Shown one piece after another: positions 59,755 to 64,000 of a stretch of DNA of 64,000 nucleotides. Numbering within the stretch: the first letter of the stretch is position 1; each line of letters begins with the position of its first letter. The translations under genes and the position numbers were made by a program. The notes under the pieces are model-generated. The model did no database searches, had not been told where the DNA came from, and saw only the letters and a list, made by a program, of their open reading frames with translations. The stretch spans positions 1 to 64,000 of the forward strand of contig JBHLMP010000010.1 of assembly GCA_048938025.1 (NCBI GenBank), given 5' to 3'. This DNA comes from Promethearchaeota archaeon (lineage in GTDB: Archaea; Asgardarchaeota; Lokiarchaeia; Sigyniarchaeales; SOKP01).

Positions 59755-61017
59755 CTATAATGAATATTTCTTTTTCTTATAGGTTTTATCGGTAAAAACA
59801 TAGATTTTATCTTTCCCTTTACTAATAATATTGTCATGCAATTTTAATTCAATTGTAATTTCTTTATTTTTTGTCCCTCTTGGGGATCTGTTGACTAATT
59901 TTCCTTGATATTTTATTTCATCAGCACGTTGATGAATGTATGTATCTGTGTTTTTCCCCATTATAATTAAATCATCACCATTAGAGAGATAACCATTATA
60001 TAAAGATATGGTAGCATAACCTGTATTTTGATTATAATCTTCAATTTGTCCTACCTCAATATATCTAAAATGCGATAAGTTCGCTGGAGATTTGTATTGA
60101 TGATCTTCTTCAGTTACCCTTTTAAAATAGAATCCTGGAGTAAATCCTCTATTATAGACTTTCTTTAATTCAGTAACCCATCTACCCACTTTCTTTTTTG
60201 TAAAGGTACCATTATAGTATGCTTCAATAGCTTCCCGATAAATTTTAGTAACAATTTCTACATAATGTGGATGTCTCATTCGACCCTCAATTTTAAAAGC
60301 ATCAATATTTGCTTCAATTAATTTAGGAATGTAAGCAATTGTACATAAATCTCTTGAATTCATAAATCTAACTCCATCATAAATATATTCATTTCCTGAT
60401 TCTTCCCTCACCCACCATCTCCTCCTACATGGTTGTTCACAATTACCTCGATTAGCGGATTTTTCTTCGGTTCCACAAATATCCTGAGAGAAGTAACATC
60501 TACCACTTACTGAAGCACACATTGCTCCATGAATAAATGTTTCGACTTTAGTGTATTCTAGATTTCTTTTTATTTCCTTAATCTTCTCTAAGGATAATTC
60601 TCTAGCTAAAATTATACGTTCAGCACCTAACTTTTCATAGAATCTAGCTGATAAAGAGTTAGATACATTACATTGAGTCGAGATATGAAATGGCATTTTA
60701 AATTCTTTTGCAATTTGTATTGCTGCTAAATCATGAACTATTACTGCGTTCACACCTACCTCCTTACTATTTTCGATAATTTTACGTAAATATTCGATTT
60801 CATTGTCGTAAACTAATATATTTGTCGCTAGATATGTTTTAATATCATTATTTTGGCTAAAATCAACGATTTTATATAGATCTTCTAATGCAAAATTCTC
60901 AGATCTCGTTCGCATGTTAAACTTTTCAATTCCAAAATAAACTGAATCTGCGAATTGTGATGCTGCCTTTATTGCTTTAAAATTTTTAGCAGGTGCGAGT
61001 AATTCTACTTTTTTCAT
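59755..61017 (-). CDS. Peptidase U32-family Fe-S protein (probable RNA hydroxylase, TrhP/RlhA-like)
   Basis: ELLAPA, HISTQ, ILARELS, E.FIHGAMC.S.SGRC, NRG.C.QPCR, KIEGR. Confidence 0.88.
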   Translation of the reverse strand: MKKVELLAPAKNFKAIKAASQFADSVYFGIEKFNMRTRSENFALEDLYKIVDFSQNNDIKTYLATNILVYDNEIEYLRKIIENSKEVGVNAVIVHDLAAIQIAKEFKMPFHISTQCNVSNSLSARFYEKLGAERIILARELSLEKIKEIKRNLEYTKVETFIHGAMCASVSGRCYFSQDICGTEEKSANRGNCEQPCRRRWWVREESGNEYIYDGVRFMNSRDLCTIAYIPKLIEANIDAFKIEGRMRHPHYVEIVTKIYREAIEAYYNGTFTKKKVGRWVTELKKVYNRGFTPGFYFKRVTEEDHQYKSPANLSHFRYIEVGQIEDYNQNTGYATISLYNGYLSNGDDLIIMGKNTDTYIHQRADEIKYQGKLVNRSPRGTKNKEITIELKLHDNIISKGKDKIYVFTDKTYKKKKYSL

Positions 61018-61149
61018 CTTTCTGTAAATATAAGGTATTTTCATTTTTATTTTATGACTAAATTTGTAAAAATAATATCAAATTTTTTAAAAAAATAAAT
61101 TGATTTATAAAAAACTTTAAGAAAAAGCGTTTATTTTGAATTTTAAATT

Positions 61150-62196
61150 ATGGATAATGAAGAACCTAAAAAAACGATATCTTGGTTAAAGAAAAGAAAA
61201 AGACTTCTTATAGGTTTAGCTACCTTAGTTTTAATGGTAGTTCTAGTTTTTATTGTAGATTTTCCACTTTTTATTTCCAAAATAATAATAATAGGTTTTT
61301 GGGGATTAACTCTATTCATTATTACATATACAATAGCCTTTCTTTTAAGAACTTATAAATTAAAACTTATATTTGAAGGTCTTAATCAACCAATTAAATT
61401 TAGCACTTCATATTTCTCAATTGGAGCAGGATTTTTAATTAATGAGCTAACTCCGGGAAAAGTAGGTGATATAGTAAAAATTTTCATAATTAGGGACCAA
61501 GAAGATGTAAAATTAAGCGAATCAGTAGCTGGAATTGCTATTGAGAGAGTGTTAGATTTAATTTTTCTTTTCTTTATCAGTTGTTTTGCTTTATTTTACT
61601 TGTATTTAAACAATCTTGGAGAAGTTAATGATCTAATTATATTAGGACAGAATATTCAATTTTATCTTATTTTAGGAGCGATATTGATTGCATTAATTCT
61701 AACTTTCTTTTTACTATTATTATATAAAACAGAATTAATATTAAGCATCATTAAAAGAATTTCAAATAAATTATATCTTTATTTAGAGAAATTCTTAAAT
61801 AATTTCAAAGAAGGAATTAAAAGATTCACAGATCAAAAAATTAAATTAATATATATTACGCTCTTAAGTTTTCCAATGTGGATTATTGACGCATTGGTAG
61901 TTGTAATATTTTTTTATCTTTTAGATTATACCTTTAATATTTTTTTATTAATCTTAGCTACAATGCTTTTATTTTTCAGTAAAACATTTCCAATAACACC
62001 TGGAGGATGGGGAATATCCGAAAATATAGGAGCACTTTTTCTTTTTATATTTTATCCATTAATTCCCTTTACAGAAATTTTGTCAATATTTATTATTGAT
62101 CATTTATTTAGAAGTGTTTATCTCTTTCTCTATGGAGGATACTCGGTTTTTCATTATAATATAAATTTGAAAAAATCAAAAGAATTAATTCTATGA
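61150..62196 (+). CDS. UPF0104/LPG-synthase TM (flippase-like) membrane protein
   Basis: N..TPGKVGD..K, ERVLD, PITPGG.G..E; multiple TM helices. Confidence 0.85.
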   Translation: MDNEEPKKTISWLKKRKRLLIGLATLVLMVVLVFIVDFPLFISKIIIIGFWGLTLFIITYTIAFLLRTYKLKLIFEGLNQPIKFSTSYFSIGAGFLINELTPGKVGDIVKIFIIRDQEDVKLSESVAGIAIERVLDLIFLFFISCFALFYLYLNNLGEVNDLIILGQNIQFYLILGAILIALILTFFLLLLYKTELILSIIKRISNKLYLYLEKFLNNFKEGIKRFTDQKIKLIYITLLSFPMWIIDALVVVIFFYLLDYTFNIFLLILATMLLFFSKTFPITPGGWGISENIGALFLFIFYPLIPFTEILSIFIIDHLFRSVYLFLYGGYSVFHYNINLKKSKELIL

Positions 62197-62230
62197 ATAA
62201 TTTTTTATTACTAAAAAGAATCGATTAATC

Positions 62231-63022
62231 TTGAAACTCAGTATAATCATACCCTGCTATAATGAAGAAAAAACAATTAAGGATTTATTAAAAAACATTT
62301 TTGAGATTCAATTTCCGATTGACAGAGAAATTATTGTTATTGATGATGGATCCTTAAGAAATCTGAAAGAAATTATTAAAGAAGAAATAATCTCGAGAAA
62401 AATAAAATTCATTAGATTACCTCAAAATCAAGGAAAAGGAATAGCAATTAGGGTAGGATTAAAATATGCATCTGGTGATATTTTTATAATTCAAGATGCT
62501 GATTTTGAATACTTCCCATCTGATATACCAAAATTATTAAATCCAATATTAAAAAATGAAACTAATGTAGTTTATGGGACGCGATTTGCTACTAGACCTA
62601 AATTTATGTCAAAAACTCATTACCTAGCTAATAAATTTTTAACTAAAATTACTAACTTTCTCTATTGTAGTAATTTAACAGATATGGAAACAGGATATAA
62701 ACTATTTACTAAAAAAGTCTTAAATAAAATCACCTTATATACTCGAGAATTTGAATTCGAACCTGAAATTACTGCTAAAATACTTTTAAGTGGATTTAAA
62801 ATCTATGAATTGCCAATACAATATAGATATCGTCATTTTGGCCTAACTAAAATAAATTGGCTTGATGGATTAGAAGGTGTTTTGATTCTTCTTCAAAATA
62901 GGTATTTTCATAATTCAAGGTTATATCAATTCATATATGAAATCTTTAAATATCACATGAAAAAGATAATTCTTAAATTAACTAAGTGGATAGCAAAAGT
63001 TATACATTTACGAAGGGTTTAA
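62231..63022 (+). CDS. GT2 polyprenol-phosphate glycosyltransferase (DPM1-like)
   Basis: IIIPCYNE, IDDGS, NQGKG.A, IQDAD.EY.P, VYG.RF, TDMETGYK, FEPEITAK. Confidence 0.92.
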   Translation: MKLSIIIPCYNEEKTIKDLLKNIFEIQFPIDREIIVIDDGSLRNLKEIIKEEIISRKIKFIRLPQNQGKGIAIRVGLKYASGDIFIIQDADFEYFPSDIPKLLNPILKNETNVVYGTRFATRPKFMSKTHYLANKFLTKITNFLYCSNLTDMETGYKLFTKKVLNKITLYTREFEFEPEITAKILLSGFKIYELPIQYRYRHFGLTKINWLDGLEGVLILLQNRYFHNSRLYQFIYEIFKYHMKKIILKLTKWIAKVIHLRRV

Positions 63023-63046
63023 ATCCAAAAAAATTTGTTTAAATAC

Positions 63047-63658
63047 TTATTTTTTAGCACATATCCATAAATTTAAAAAAAATTCGAAATAACCCTTTTG
63101 AATATTATTTTGTTTGAAATTCGCTTTAAGTAACACTTGATTTAGCTCTGATAAAGTAAAAACTTTCTTATGTTCTTTAATTTCCTCAGGACTTACAAAA
63201 TGTAACTTTGCCATTAATTTTAATGGATAATCACTCCACTTTGCTGGAGTTGTAATAATTAAGATCCCATTCTTTTTTAAAATCGAATAACATTCTTTTA
63301 TAATTTTATAAGCTTGATTATACTCTAAATGCTCTATTACAGCTAACAATGAAATCACATCAAAATAATCATTTTTGAATGGTAATTTTCCATCCAGATG
63401 AATATTTTGTTTAATTAAAGAAATATTTAGATGTTTGAGTTTAGTGTCTATTATTGCTTGATCAATACCATATTTTTCATAAAAATTAGAGTTTATTAAC
63501 AGTAATGGATAAGATCCGCATCCAATATCAAGAATTGAACCATTCTTTCCATATTTTTCAATTAATTTTTGCGCTATCTTCATTCTTCTTAAAGATAAGA
63601 AATTTTCTAATAATCCAAATCCTCTAGTTATTCCTGCTGACACCATTGATAAATTCAA
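63047..63658 (-). CDS. Class I SAM-dependent methyltransferase (type 11-like)
   Basis: ILDIGCG, LPF....FD, AVIEHL, LK..G..IITTP. Confidence 0.88.
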   Translation of the reverse strand: MNLSMVSAGITRGFGLLENFLSLRRMKIAQKLIEKYGKNGSILDIGCGSYPLLLINSNFYEKYGIDQAIIDTKLKHLNISLIKQNIHLDGKLPFKNDYFDVISLLAVIEHLEYNQAYKIIKECYSILKKNGILIITTPAKWSDYPLKLMAKLHFVSPEEIKEHKKVFTLSELNQVLLKANFKQNNIQKGYFEFFLNLWICAKK

Positions 63659-64000
63659 TTAAATTTTAAATTGTTTTATTTTAAATTTAATAAATTTTAT
63701 TTTATTTTTACTACATATCTCTCTAATTTATTATTTAAAATAAAAATTTTATAATAATTCAATATGCCTCATTTAGAATCAATAATTCAAAATAATTGAT
63801 TTAGTACCCTAAATCTGCGTACAAATGAATATAATCCATTTTGGGGGAGTAACATTTAAAAATCAGCAAAATAATTTTTTTCTTAATGTAAATTTTCGAA
63901 AAATATCACTCTTAAAAAATCCAGAGATGAGAAAAAGTATTGGTTCGAATTATTAGAAATTTTAAGGAAAAATTAATGGTTCTTTTAATAATAGCAATTA

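Noticed and set aside
1-64000. tRNA/rRNA genes, transposases/integrases and Sec/Pyl read-through
   Set aside because: No GC-rich structured RNA-like segment, no recombinase ORF and no conserved gene interrupted by an in-frame TGA/TAG was seen by eye; tRNAscan/Infernal would be needed to exclude small RNAs.

Overview
Very AT-rich, gene-dense archaeal chromosome segment, most consistent with an Asgard (Lokiarchaeia-like) archaeon. The evidence is archaeal-type PheS/PheT/TyrRS/CoaD, DUF1512, a Vps29-like phosphoesterase, a long LRR protein and a Loki-CTERM-like tail; the taxonomy is inferred. Positions ~1.1-31.6 kb are a large surface-glycan locus. It holds heptose synthesis genes (hddA, gmhA, gmhB, a degenerate hldA-like kinase) co-operonic with the non-oxidative pentose phosphate genes rpe, tal and split tkt. 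It also has a sulfate-activation operon (small RHH protein, sat, AlkP-superfamily enzyme, cysC), a wecB/heparinase/oxidoreductase cassette, glycosyltransferases, a flippase, pyruvyl- and methyltransferases and a tagD/tagF-like pair. The remainder is mostly housekeeping and catabolic: bacterial-type rph, pheS-pheT-pheA, AOR/acyl-CoA ligase/SCP2, ppdK, tyrS, Fe-ADH, the hut genes plus formiminotransferase, a U32 protein and a DPM-synthase-like pair. The best candidate novel system is the PAPS-producing operon, which has no classical sulfotransferase. Its AlkP enzyme lacks the C-terminal LxxLGY tail, which is instead carried by the neighbouring RHH protein. Other notable signals are a diverged 108-bp duplicate of the gmd 3' end flanking an FkbM gene and two genes that appear to start at ATT. 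No tRNA, rRNA, CRISPR array or transposase was recognised.
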